From: Raillietiella orientalis
Taxonomy: Eukaryota
Reading direction: 5' to 3'
Assembly: GCA_036172245.1 (NCBI GenBank)
Contig: JAYWIR010000056.1
Span: 620,001 to 684,000 of the forward strand
Length of the DNA: 64,000 bases
Below are positions 23,401 to 36,526 of this stretch, in pieces. The notes beneath the pieces are model-generated. The model searched no databases. It saw only the letters and a list, made by a program, of their open reading frames with translations, and was not told the origin of the DNA. Within the stretch, counting starts at the first letter, position 1. Every line of letters begins with the position of its first letter. Position numbers and translations under genes: made by a program.

Positions 23401-26400
23401 TGGTTATGAGGGACAGTGAGATGGTTTCTGAAACAATCTTCTACCACAATTCAAACGAAACCCTACTGCAGAATCTCCGACAAAATTTTCCGATAGGTAG
23501 GTGGATTCTGCTCACCTTGTTCCATGTCGCCGGTGGAACCGCCAGGAGCGCCTGAAGAAACGCCGCGCAATATTTTGCGAGCGCCATGTTCTTCCCGTGG
23601 TCCTTGGCAAGGGAAGCGCTCAGGAAAAGATAGGTCACTTGCAAAAACCATACGAGACGGGGAAAACACATGCACGCGATGACAGAAAGGTGATTTCAGT
23701 TGATTGGTGAGCTCTAACTTTTGCCAATCGTCATTAAAAGAAAAAGGAAGAAAGCAGAAAACGATGTAAGCAGGAAACTCTAAAGCACAAGAGTGACGTG
23801 CACAGAGCCGAGCGTGCGCGGAGATGATGGTGGAGATTGTGGTGGGATTGTATGGAGCTGCCACGCCGAATGTCGGAGCTACAAAAAGGCCTGCAAAGGA
23901 AGGTGGAGAATGCTGAAGAGTTGAAATCAAAGGAAGCAGATTTGAAAACGGAGATTGCAAGAGAAGGCAACATGGACGAGTGTGTGATTGGAAGGGGAAA
24001 CGAAAACGCATCAGTTCTCAAGTGGATGATGGAAATGAGTGGGGAAGGAATTGCTGGAATGATTTTCCGGGTCATATCGATTTCAAATTCGACTTACTGG
24101 ATCGAGGACACCAGGAGCTTGGAAATATATGGAAAAAATTTCACCATCGATTGGATGCGGAAAACTCTGCAAACGTAGTAGCTCAAGCCTTTTTTTGTCT
24201 TTTCTGTGGTAAAAACGAGATTTCCTGTTTGTGGAAGACCCTTTACCATATTCTGAAACAAGTGACGTTAAAAATGAGTCTCCTGAAAGGAAACGCCCGT
24301 CTTAAGGGCTTCCGGAACAGCCGTTTTCTTAGTCTTTTCGTAGTCCTTTTTTACCGTGAGCTCATTTGGTCAACATGGAGGCATTCGTTTGTATCCGAGT
24401 CGTTTGAATCATGTGCTCAGTCCACTGATCCTCTAGCTACAGCATTTTTCCACGACACTGAGGGTTGGAAAAAGGAAAAAATTACCATCGGCTTGCTTGT
24501 CTTTTTTAGATAGTAATTTCTTTCCTTCTTCAAAGTTCGCTCTGATTTCACTGCCATGGATGGATTGGACTTTCATGGATTCGGATCTTGCATGAACCCT
24601 CTTCGGAACAGATGTGAAATTGCACTGCTTGCTCTGTTTCATACTGCTCCTTGAAATAATTTTTATTTGCGAGTTCATATCGGCTGAGTAGATCCGTTAA
24701 GGCGATTGGCAGTTATGAATAGTCTACTGTTAACTCACTCTAATGCAAAAGATGAAACGGAACACGCAGTGTTTCACTAGCTCTAGTGACAAAGAAATCA
24801 ATTAGAAAATCAATATTCTATTACACGTACTCCATATTTTCAAGCACGAAAATCCTCTTTTGCTGTCAAACTTTCTGAAGTCGCAGTCGTTCACGGTGCA
24901 GTCTTCGGGGCACTTATAAAAAAGTTTCCAACAATTATTCGGTAATCTCAGTCGATACTGTCAACTATTCCATCCACGAAACTGATATCTTTCGTTGTCT
25001 GTTTTCCCTTAGGATGAGATGACAGGGGGGGGAGAGGGAAGGCCCTTTAAACAGTATCAGCCTTTGATAACATGAATGTCAGCATCGGATGGTATTGCTA
25101 TTATTATTATTATTATTGTACTATGCTATGGTTATTGTAGCAACATATACATATTAAAAATATGCAACACAAATTAAAGGAAAAAAAGAAAAGGTAGGGC
25201 ACAGTTTACCGTTTCTGTTGTGTATTCTTTTTTTTTTTTTTTTCTATCAAGAAAATGCAAAATATGTCGAACAAAATACCGAATTCATGAAAATATGCAA
25301 TAATAAAATCATCTGACGCGCGCTGCGCACAATAAACACTGAAAAGGAGCACATGGAAAAAAGGAAAAAAAACGGAGTTTTGAGTTTGAGACACTGAAAA
25401 GTAGCGTTTTCCATTTCCGATTCGGTGCTGTCACAAAAGGTAAACTCACTGGTGAGTACCAAAATGTACACTTCGTGCAGGTACTCTAGAAATGGGTTCC
25501 TGCCTATAAGGAATGGTAAGAAATGGAAAGAAAATGAAGAAAACAACAGGTGCATGGATGCACAAATGCACAAAGTTGTTGGTTCCCTAAATCTCGAATT
25601 ATTTCTTTCCGTTTTTTTTTTTTTTTTTTTTCCACTTTTAACGATAAATTAGTTGATCGTGAATAAAAGCAGAGTGAAAAAGATTTTAAAAAAACGGCCT
25701 CAAAGTCTTCAATGAAGAAAGGAACGATCGAAAAATCCAAAGTTTGAACTTTCACCAAAATGCCTGTGAAAGTGCACGACAGACTTGTAATGATGAAAAT
25801 TGCTTTTCCTTTTTCCTACAGCACCGACGTCCCTATAGCTCAGATTACGGACACACTCGTGTCGGTGGTGTCTTTGTGGTGTTTTTGTTTGTAATTCCTC
25901 GGGTGGAGAAAAAATAAGTACCGCTGTTCTTGGGACATGGCCGCCATCACTTTGGCAGACCCAGGAACTGATGGTTACATTCCGCGTGGATGTTTTTTTT
26001 TTTTTTTCTCTCTCCTCGCCCGAGGAAGAACTCGCACACACATTCTAATCTTCGGTTCTTCTTGTCGACGGCACTTTTTTCCTTTCTTTCCCTCTCTTCT
26101 TGTGGCTTTGAGGGGGAACGGAGGGGGGAGGGGGGGGGGAGCGCCCCTTTCTGCTGCTCACCTTTTGAATATATTTTGCAGATGGACGGTGGAGCTGCTG
26201 CTTTTTTTTTTTCTCTCTCTCTCTCTCTTTTTTTTTTTTTTTTTTTTCCTGACAGAAAGTCGAATGCCTGCATCCTGGATTGTAACCGCCGGACAAACTG
26301 TCGAGGACCGAATTTCGACGGGACGACCCTGCCATTAATATTCGCTTTATGTTGCCTCTCTGCATTAAAGCATCATAAAATCATAGAGCACACTCGGTGA

Positions 26401-26496
26401 CGTTGATTTTCGTTTCGCGGACTGCCTGAGACGGTGAGGTTGCAGCGGGGCTTTTGTTGCTCAGCTCTATTTGGTCAAAATCTGCACTCTGTGATC

Positions 26497-29400
26497 ATGG
26501 ATGAGGAGTACGATGCCATCGTTCTGGGGACTGGATTGAAGGTAGGATTTCCCGAGGTGTGGTGGTGGTGATCTGGACGTGTGAATGCTCCGTTTCTTGG
26601 AGACGGGAATGGCGTGCTTTCTGCTTTTTGCCATACCAATTATGCTTGAACGTGCAACACAGATTCGGTACTCTTAGATATTCTCCTTCCCCCTCTCCCC
26701 CCCCCCTCCCTTAAAAAAAAGGGGGAGGGGGGGGACATATAAAGGCCTTACTCCAGTTAAAACAGTGATTCGTGTCATGTTACACTCTTCAGAAAGTTCT
26801 CCTGACTGTGCATGGTTTTTGCTTTTTTCACGAAAGCACTTACAGCCACAAGTTATGGCAGAGTATGTTGCACACTTTCAAGTGATTGTTGCTGATGACT
26901 TTTTTTTTCTTCTTGCTGATTACATTATGACCACTTTGCAGAATCGAAAGCGGTAAACAAACTTTATTCTTATTTTATTTGTGGCTAAATAATTTGTGCT
27001 GCAAAATTCTCCCCTTTTCACCTTCATGAGAGAATTGTGCTTACATTCTAAAATCTTGATGGAAACATGTTTCCATTTTTTAAAATGCTTGCGAATGTGC
27101 GTGAAATAAGTTCACAGTAAGTACTTTTTTTAAGGATGTCACTTCCTCTGCAAGACCAACATGAGTGTAAATTTGCATAAGTAACAAATAAAAAATACCA
27201 TTGATCTGCCTTGCTCGTGTTCTTGCATTTTTGTGTTATTTTAAGCATTCCATTGTTATCAAAGGAAGTTATTTTAAAGTTATATATGATTCAATTTTAG
27301 GAATGTATTATTTCTGGCATGCTATCAGTGTCCGGGAAAAAAGTTTTACACATGGATAGAAATAAGTATTATGGAGGAGAATCAGCTTCCATAACTCCTC
27401 TGGAAGAATTATTTGCAAGATTTGGTTTACCAGCTCCTGATCCTAGTTATAGAAGAGGGAGGTTTGTGGTCCTGTAGTGTAATTGTTTGTATATTGTGTT
27501 TAGAGATTGGAATGTTGACCTTATACCAAAGTTTCTAATGGCAAATGGACAACTGGTAAAAATCCTGATACATACAGGAGTAACCCGTTATGTGGAGTTC
27601 AAATCTGTTGAAGGAAGTTACGTTTACAAAGGTGGAAAAATTGCTAAAGTACCTGCCGATGAGAAGGAAGCATTAGTTTCTGGTACATTCTCATCTGTAT
27701 TCTTACTAGATTTTGAAGTTTTGGTTTGAAGTGCTTATGTTTATTTCAAAGTTAATTAAAACTTACTCCATGAGTTTTACTCATACGAAACAAGCTTAAT
27801 GCAAAATATGAGAGCTTAATACTAAAAAGTTGTGCAAATAGTATTTCCATATTAAAGAACAGTAATTCAGAATGCTGGTTTTTTATGTTTGCTAATTTTC
27901 CATCTTAAGACTAAAAAGGGAACTTGAACTGGTATCCAAAATATCCTAATTAGTGTGTCAGTTTCAAGAAGAATGGTTATAAAATGATGAAAAATACAGA
28001 TGCAGATTTTCTTTTTAATGTAAACAGGAAATCAATGCATTAAGAAAGTATTATAATAAACTGGTGTTTTATGATGGTGATTATTTGTGTAATATTCAGA
28101 ATGAGAATGTTTAATCAAGAATTGTGCTTTTTCTTCCTAAATAAGAAGCATTTTTAAAAACATGTTAAAAATTAAGAAATAAGGCTATCTTCATTCTAGT
28201 TAATCTCAGACAGAAAAGAATTGGTGCACAAATTGTGTTTTGCTTTTATTTTCTTAAGATGCATAGATTTCAAGAGACTGTGGATTATTTAATAAGAATA
28301 CATGAAAATGTGATGTTGGTGTTTTTTTTTTCTCTCTCTCTCTCTCACTCTTGATGTTTTTTCATTTTTGTAGATCTAATGGGAATGTTTGAAAAGAGAA
28401 GATTTCGAAATTTCCTAATATTTGTGCAGGATTTCTCCGTTGATGATCCAAAAACTTGGAAAGATATCAATCCTTTTGAAGATTCTATGTCAACTGTGTA
28501 TGAGAAATTTAATCTTGATAAAAATACTCAAGATTTTATAGGTCATGCACTTGCATTACACACGTACGTAAAAAAAAAATGTTTATTGTCAGAAACATTT
28601 CCAAGTTTACTTGTAGAGATGATGAATATTTGAACAAAGAGTGTATAAGCACCATTGCCAGGATAAAACTTTACTGTGACTCACTTTTGCGCTATGGAAA
28701 GTCCCCATATTTATATCCATTATATGGTCTAGGAGAATTGCCCCAGGGATTTGCCAGGTAAAATGATATCTTTTCACCATGTAAAGTATGTAAAGTATCA
28801 CCACTCTGTAAAGTATTCATGTTGCATTTAAACTAGTTAACAGAAACATAAATAGTTACTACATGTATGCTGAATGGCAATCTTTAGCCAGTTTGTAACA
28901 TAAATGATTTACTGAGTTTAAATAGCCATAAACCATGATGATATACTGCCTTTTTCTTTTCCTTTTTTTCACAGAAAAAAGCTTGGCATAAGATTGTGTT
29001 GACCTGTAAAATGCATGTCTAATATAAACGTATTCGAGCAGTATTGTAATTTAACGTCTTTTTCTGTCAAATACTCTGTTGTATGCATTCAGTTTCTCAG
29101 AAGTTTACAATTATTGCTTGTTCTATGAAAGCCAGAAAATTATGTGCTGCAAATCAAGAAATAGGGAAGAGAAGAAATTGTTTCTTAGCTTGCAAAAGTA
29201 TATTGGAAGTCGTTTGCATGCAAATGTACTTGAAAAGTTAGGATATTTTCATATAGTAAAATAAAATGGATAGAAAGGCTTTATGATAGAACTGCTCTTG
29301 CAGGACATAAGTGCACAATCGCCAAATGATGTGAATCCACCTTTGGATAAATTTTGATAAGAAATTGAGGGCAATATGCATTTTAGGTGATTATTCAGCC

Positions 29401-31673
29401 AATTGCATCAATTTTCCCAGCACCTATTTTATATTATTAAAAGTTTCATTTGTACTTAATGTAGGATCTGTGTCTGATGGGATTATGAAATTTGTATTTA
29501 GAGTGTAGTTATTCTCCATTTGTGGATCAAGCAGCTTTGTACGGTTAGAATGTGTTCTGCAATTTGCTGACCATATTTTTATTATAATAAATGTGCTTTA
29601 ACTAGATGGTGAGTTCACGTGAATTTTCCTTAGCATTCGTGGCTCTGATTCGAGTCCAGCAGAAATGATGTTTTCTGTCATTGGAAGCCATACTTGGACA
29701 AAAGGGGCTCATTATTCAAGATTGTGTGGATGTACCAACACTCTACATTTGCTTGCCATTAGGCTCTCAGTTTTCTTAATTAATACAAATTGCTTGTTCC
29801 AGTATACTTCTGACAGCTTCATTAATTATTCACAAATGTGCAGTTTTTTTTTTTTTCTGAAATACAAAGGCTTAGTTGCAGGTATATTGAAAAACAAATT
29901 CAATTTTGTTCAGTATGCTTGCAAATAAGCAAATCTGGCTTTGGAGTGTTTCGTGAGAAAGGAAAAGCCAAAGCCTGTTCCCAACTTTGTTAGAGTTTAC
30001 ATGGAAATAATTTTAAAAATTGAAGCAATGCTACTGAACTTCTTGAAAATCGTTCTTGGTTAAATAAAGTCACCAAAGACGGCTTTGAAGATAGTTTGGA
30101 ATGGATTAAAGATCCGTTCCGGATTTGAACAGTCTCCAAATACATTGTTGTGCTGCTGTGTCCTTCATAGGGAATGCCTGCCTGCCTAAATGCAGTCCTA
30201 AGATTCAAAGTACACCAAATGCATAATGAGAAATGGATATAGGACTCCGAGCAAAATACTGTTGGGAATCAATTGTTTCCAGAGCTAGAGCAGCATGAAA
30301 TATAAAATTTGATTTGTTATATGTTGATTGATTGGTACAAAACTTCCAACAGAGATAAAAATTTTAAGTTGTTCCATTCCAATTATTCCTGAAGAATGCT
30401 TGAAGAATTCTTGGAATTTTGACTGGAGTTTCCCCCCATCTCATCCTAATATGAAATCTGAAAAACAATTTTTAAAAGAATCGCCGTACTTTAGATTGGT
30501 TCATTTTTACTCCAATAATGTGTGGCATTCAGAAATTAGAGTAATGATCAATAGCAGACAAATGGAAATCCGAAAAAAACAAAATGTATGAACTAAACAT
30601 GAACACCAAAATTGCAATTTGAATTCAAATTGTGGATCAGATCCAATTAATAATAGCAGATTCCGATTATCCGTTTCAGTAAATCTAAGAATTGTACAAA
30701 TGCAATGTTCTCGGATATGCTCCTTGTTTGTTTTGCATCACAGATTGTTTGCTTGCATTAGGCATGCATGTATAGGAAAGCAGTAGTGGAAAAATCCAGA
30801 AAGTTCGAGTTTGTCATGATGACTTGTTGTGTGTCTGTATTTGGGGGTAAATTGTTTTGTACTCATTTTATTCTTCAGGCTACATTCAGCTAACAGGAAA
30901 TCAATTTTCTTTTTATATAATAGATTGAGCGCTATTTATGGAGGAACTTACATGCTTGATAAACCAATAGATGAAATAGTTCTTAAAAATGGTCGTGTTT
31001 ATGGTGTTCGTTCTGGATCAGAGATTGCTCGTTGTAAGCAAGTATATTGTGACCCATCGTATATGCCTGACCATGTCACTAAGGTATATTAAATAATGTA
31101 CCTGCTATAAGATTACCAATTATGTAATAAGGTTGGAAATGTGATAAGATGCATATGTCTTATGGATCATCCGATTCCTAATACCAAAGAGGCTCTTTCT
31201 TGCCAAATAATTATTCCACAAAAACAAGTTGGCAGAAAGTCAGGTTGATCAAATATTTGTACTGGAATGAATGTTGTCGCTGTTCTCCAGATATTTATGT
31301 TTCCTTAGTTTCTAATACACATCAAGTAGCTGCCCGACAGTGGTTCATCGCTATGGTGTCTACAACTCAGGAAACCAGCAATCCAGAAAATGAAATCAAG
31401 CCTGGACTGGACCTATTAGGACCTATAAAACAAAGGTAAGTACAAGGAAATAAGATTCCTTTAACTTGTTTGATTTTAAGATTTCTGAGTGTCAAGAGTG
31501 TATACAAGCCGATAGATAAGGGCATAAACTCCCAGATTTTTATTTCTGAATCTTATGATGCAACCAGTCATTTTCAGACAACCTGTGATGATGTATTAGA
31601 TATCTATTTGCGTGGTACTGGTGAAGAATTTGATTTTTCCAAAGTTCATCGTGAACAAGGAGATGATGAATGA
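26497..31673 (+). CDS. GDI: Rab GDP dissociation inhibitor, ~441 aa
   Basis: Nine exons: 26497-26541, 27301-27461, 27504-27682, 28374-28563, 28617-28757, 30924-31083, 31132-31243, 31291-31435, 31481-31673. Hallmark motifs [63 protein letters not shown] and [14 protein letters not shown] at ~31917. Confidence 0.98.
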
Positions 31674-32549
31674 GTAGTTACTGTAACAAGGCAATGAAAG
31701 TGAGTTTGAGGTATCTTTGAAGAACAGCCAATGGGGCACTGTTTCATTAATCCATGATAATCAGTACGATGATACTTGCATTTCAATGGAAAATTCATTC
31801 ATGTTTATTGCATGTGATTTAGCTTTTATATGAAGTATAATGGATAAAAAGATGGGAAAACCAAATGTGACATCAATAGTATCAAATATGTATTATACAA
31901 AAACTTTTATTGATGCAATAAACACATTCTATGACATTTATGGAGTACTATTTTTTTTTTTTTTTTTTTTTTTTTTCTACCTTTTTCACTCCTGTGTTCT
32001 CATCTTTCTCACATTTCATAATTTGAATCTGCAGAACCTTTTGAACATTACTCATTTGTTGATTTAAAAAAAACTGCGCCCAGTTCAGTGGGATTTTTTT
32101 TATTAGCTGCATGGGAATCTATATTTAGTATCCACACATAGTGGGCATGTAATGTGAAAATGTAATTATGTCAAGTCAATTGTTTGGTTCCATAAAGAGA
32201 TGCAACAGTGTGCAGTGTGCAGCCTGTTTAACAGTTGCATTTGATTCTTTTTTAGAACCTTTGATATTAATGGTTACAACCATACCTGCAAACAGTAAAA
32301 TCACGAACCGTTTGGTGCACAGGTATTGTTCGTTCGTTTTTTTTTTCCTTAAATACGCTTGGAACTGGTGCTCCCCGCATAATTTGTTTCCACCCCCCAC
32401 CCCCCCAAAAGCTAAGAACTGCAAAGCATTTCTCATGTTAATAAGTTTTTAAGTATGCGCTGTCGCTTCCTAGATAATTTACTTACACACGCAACTGTAT
32501 TTTCAAACATTCGACTGTGCACGCATAGGTGCGTGCCAACAGCAGCACA

Positions 32550-33100
32550 TCACATGTTGAGGTCGTGTGCAAGCGTACATCTTGAAAGACTGAAGTCCCT
32601 GTGGAATGCAGGTGGCTCCATTTGACCCCGCACCACCTCCGAGGCCACAGGCAGCACCGAGCCAGATCTTAGCCAACGGGCGCGTCGCTTAATGGGAGAA
32701 ACCCTGCCCCGGGAATGCATAGCTTTCCTGGGAATTGGTGGACAGCTGGTGCTGCACTTTCCGCGTAGTGGATTCGGGAAGGCAACCGAGTTGCTTCGAA
32801 AAGTGCCGTAGCAGTGGCCACCGGCGGATGGGCAAACGTCGACGTGTACACCGCGGAATGATGGAGACAAAACGCCGACTGCCCAGACCGCGTTGGAATG
32901 TGCGTGCACGGCGAGGAACACGGACATCCCTGCCGCAGAAGTCTCAAGGTGTCCTCTATAAAGCCAGGGAACCTAAAGTTGCCCCAACATCCTCAAGTTC
33001 ACCTTTCCCTGCACGTCTGCGATCGGTGAGGATCTGCGGAGGTTCCCCGCCTGCGTCTTCCTTCCGCAAATTGGCGGGGAGAATTGTGGTTCCACTGTAA
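32550..33100 (-). mobile_element. Decayed non-LTR RT fragment
   Basis: Minus strand LRQGCPCSS resembles the RT motif RQGCPLSP. The segment is a GC-rich island within AT-rich DNA. Confidence 0.4.
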
Positions 33101-35001
33101 ATCACGAACCGACTGGAGGTCCCTGCTCGTCGCAGGATACATCATGGCTTGATTCGTCGATTGGCTTTCGTCTTTTTTAAAAAAAGAAAAAAAATCTCCT
33201 ATGCCCATGATGAACGGTTTCCCGTTAGCCAAATGTTTGATTCAAAGCTGAAATGCAATTCTCAAAATATGATTGTTCCACACGTTGTGTGAAAGAGAAT
33301 CCTCAAGAAACTCTGGTAAAAAAAAAAAAAAAAAAAAAATCTGAAAAGCTTGCAAAGCACAGAGCATCTGTTCCAGTAGATCAGTTCACATGAGCTGTGG
33401 TGCTACTCGATCGCGGTGTACATATTCGTGTGGCATCTTCATCCGAGGTGTCACCGTCGGTCAGCCGGACCCGTCCCCATCCGTTTTGTAACTTGGAAAC
33501 TCCCCAATCTTACATGGAATCGGAAACGCGGCGGTGATTATTTTGAGATGGCATCCGTCTCCAGAAGGGATCGTGATTCAAGATGTCCCGGAGAAGAAAG
33601 TGGTATTGATTTGGCACCGCCTCGGGAGATTCCCGTGTTCCTGAGCGCAGGGTATGACCCACATCGATCTCCCCATTGCATCGTCAGTTCCGCATGCAGG
33701 CGTTGCCAGGGCTTCAAACGCAGCCGACATGCTCGCGACTCCGAAACTTTCTCCAGTTGCTTCCTCGAAAGAAATTTCCGGAAAGCAGCTCAACAGTATG
33801 CTCTACGCTTGGCCGGCCGTCCTGCATTCACTTTGCCGTCTATTTTGCTGGTCTTTTGCATCAATAACTTTTGTTTTGCTTTCACACATGTGAAATCCTC
33901 CAAAGAACGATCATGACTTGCACATCGCACATTACTCACCTCGTTGAATTAACGAGGCGGAAAGAAAAAAAAACTGCATTTATGTTTATGCTCATATATT
34001 ATGCTTTTGTGTAAAGATTCCGTCCACTTAACGTGCACTTGTAAAGTGATTCGCACCACCTTGTCCTATAGCATTAACGCTATACAGTTTAGTCCCAGAA
34101 TCACTCTCCTTCGTAGTCTTGTGCAAGCAGCAACTTGAAACCCCAATCTGCCTTTGTTTTTCAGTGTCGATTCAGGAATCTCTAAGAGAATCATCCTTAC
34201 CCACCAGATCTAGCACTGAAATATGAAACGCTAAAGAATGAGATTATGAATACATTGCCAATGCCTTTCACTATGTTTAAACGAGGAGCATAAATGTAAA
34301 AATTAAGACACGAGAAATTCAGCTCCTTCCCTTAGTACAAGAAGCAAATATATTTTCAAAAGTGCAAATATGCATACGAACTACTTCAAAAACTCTCATT
34401 TTATGATCATTGGAATTAAGAAACTTTGAAAACTACCTGGCAAATCACCAGTGTAGCAGTCGACAATTTTTTTTTTTTCTGATGATTATGTTTTAAACCT
34501 ACAAAAGCATCGAAACCAGCAATGGGCAGCTTTTCCATAGTGACCTGAAAGGAAGTGTTAGAACTGCTAATGAACTGTGAAAGGAAATCCAGATTTCAAG
34601 CATTAATTAAATCTCATGAAGAATTCAGTTTTACTTGAACTCTTAGAAATGGAAAGTCATGCATCCAGATATTTCTTTTCTTGACTGATACTGTTCATGC
34701 GAATGCTGGAACAGAACGAAAGTCATACTAAAGTCATACTTGGATATTTGATCAGAAAATGAAAAAAAATAACATGAATCCACAAAATCAATAAGTAGTT
34801 TGGTTCAGCAGATAGAAAACAAGACTGGTGAAATGTATAAAGGGGGGATAGTTCTTTTGTTTACAAGTATCACCTACAAAAACTGCGCTAAATATCAACA
34901 AAGTTTTTATAAGAGCATACAACAGTAAGGTTAAGCAGGACGAGGATGAGTTAGAGGCACTTAAAAGTTATGTAAATATGCCTGATGATTTGATCATATA
35001 T

Positions 35002-35077
35002 ATCACTTTACTCGAGTTAAGTGACAATAGTATAATGATAATCGAGTAAAGTGATGCGCATACAAATCACTTTACTC
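35002..35077. repeat. Triple A-A'-A inverted/direct repeat
   Basis: ATCACTTTACTCGA (35002-35015), its exact reverse complement (35042-35055), then ATCACTTTACTC again (35066-35077). Confidence 0.9.
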
Positions 35078-36526
35078 CATTTTCACATTTTATTATGCTG
35101 AGTTTTTGACAACCTTTTTTCTTTGCCTTTTCAATTCAAATAACGTTTTTCGGAAGGTTGAATGAATCAATGGCATTCCATTTCAGAGAGCCAGAAACGA
35201 TATGACAATTTTTCGAGACTTTGGGGGAGGGGGATAATGCCTTTGGGGATGCGCTCCATAGAACAAAAACTTAAAGACCCACATTGGTTTTATAAAATTT
35301 TATAAACTGTATCGAAATGAATGAACTGAAGTAATAATCAGAAATTCGATGGAACTTTAAAAGTATCAGATTTCCAGGAGGTAAACAAAAAATGCTGTTG
35401 AATTTGATTATGAGATTTTCGTATCTGACTTTTATTTACAAAAAATTGAATCGTCAGATTAATTTGTCCCAAGTGTCTGTTTTTGAAAATTAGGGAAACT
35501 GTAGCTGCTCTATCATTATCTTATTTCTAACTGAAGTGAAGCCTGATATAATTTTTAAAGGATTACTTCTAAAATTTTGCAAGGAAACAAACTGCATATG
35601 AATGATGTCAGAAAACGGAAAATTTCTAAGAAAGAATTATAAATTTATAAGAAATTGGATTTTTTTGAACTAATATTCTGTACATACCTAAAAAATGCTC
35701 GTAAGGGTATATAGCCAAATAAAATAGATGACAGTAAAGCTTCAAGATTTTTAAAATGTAATAATAGGACTGATGGAATTCAAAGTTCCTTCCTTCCTTC
35801 CTTTTTTAAAGAAAAGTTATTAGAAAGCCGACTAGATAAACATTTTCTGTTGTTTTGTTTTTCATTTCCAATCATGACGACAACTTTTTCGAATAAACAG
35901 AAAAAAATAAAGATTATAATTGCGATTTATAAAAAATCAAACAAAAATTTCTGAAGGAATGTTGAATGTATAAAAAACAAACAAGCAAATGATTTTTCTT
36001 TTTTTTTAGGTTGTAATGGAGTAGGAAGAATTAATGTCCATGAGTTTGAAAAGCATTGCTTTAACGCTGTATAAGGCATACACAAATGAATTCGGTGCTT
36101 TCAAAATAAAATGAAAACCCAATTAAAAGTTGTTCAGTGCAAGGAGGTATATACTTTCATTAAAAACCCTCTAATGAGATGAAATAAGAATGGTGTGAAC
36201 AAGGCATTAATTTCACTAATCCTAGAATCAAAAGTAAATAACACTGAGAAATTATTCTGAAATTTTGTTTTATTACCTGAATATGAAATCAGCACAATTT
36301 TGATGCAAACCTTCTATTACGATTCGTGCACTCACGCAAAGTCTGGGAAAGAAGAATTAGATGTAAGAACATGTCGAATTAAGCAGGAAATAGTAAACAT
36401 ATTTGTGTACTCCTTTATATTCTGTTTACAAGGAATCATATTTAATTAGAATTTTTTCATAAAGGACGCTTCAAGGTATGTTGGTACTTCTGCTATTACT
36501 TACCGATTTGTTTATCTTGAGAATGA

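Noticed and set aside
23837..24178. Purine-rich ORF with a coiled-coil-like start (possible LINE ORF1), and a similar plus-strand stretch at 8700-9250
   Set aside because: No motif I can identify with confidence.
26255..26400. CILDCNRRTNCRGPNF after a strong acceptor, superficially PAN/apple-like
   Set aside because: A single short match in the GDI upstream region with no supporting exons; more likely UTR or promoter sequence.
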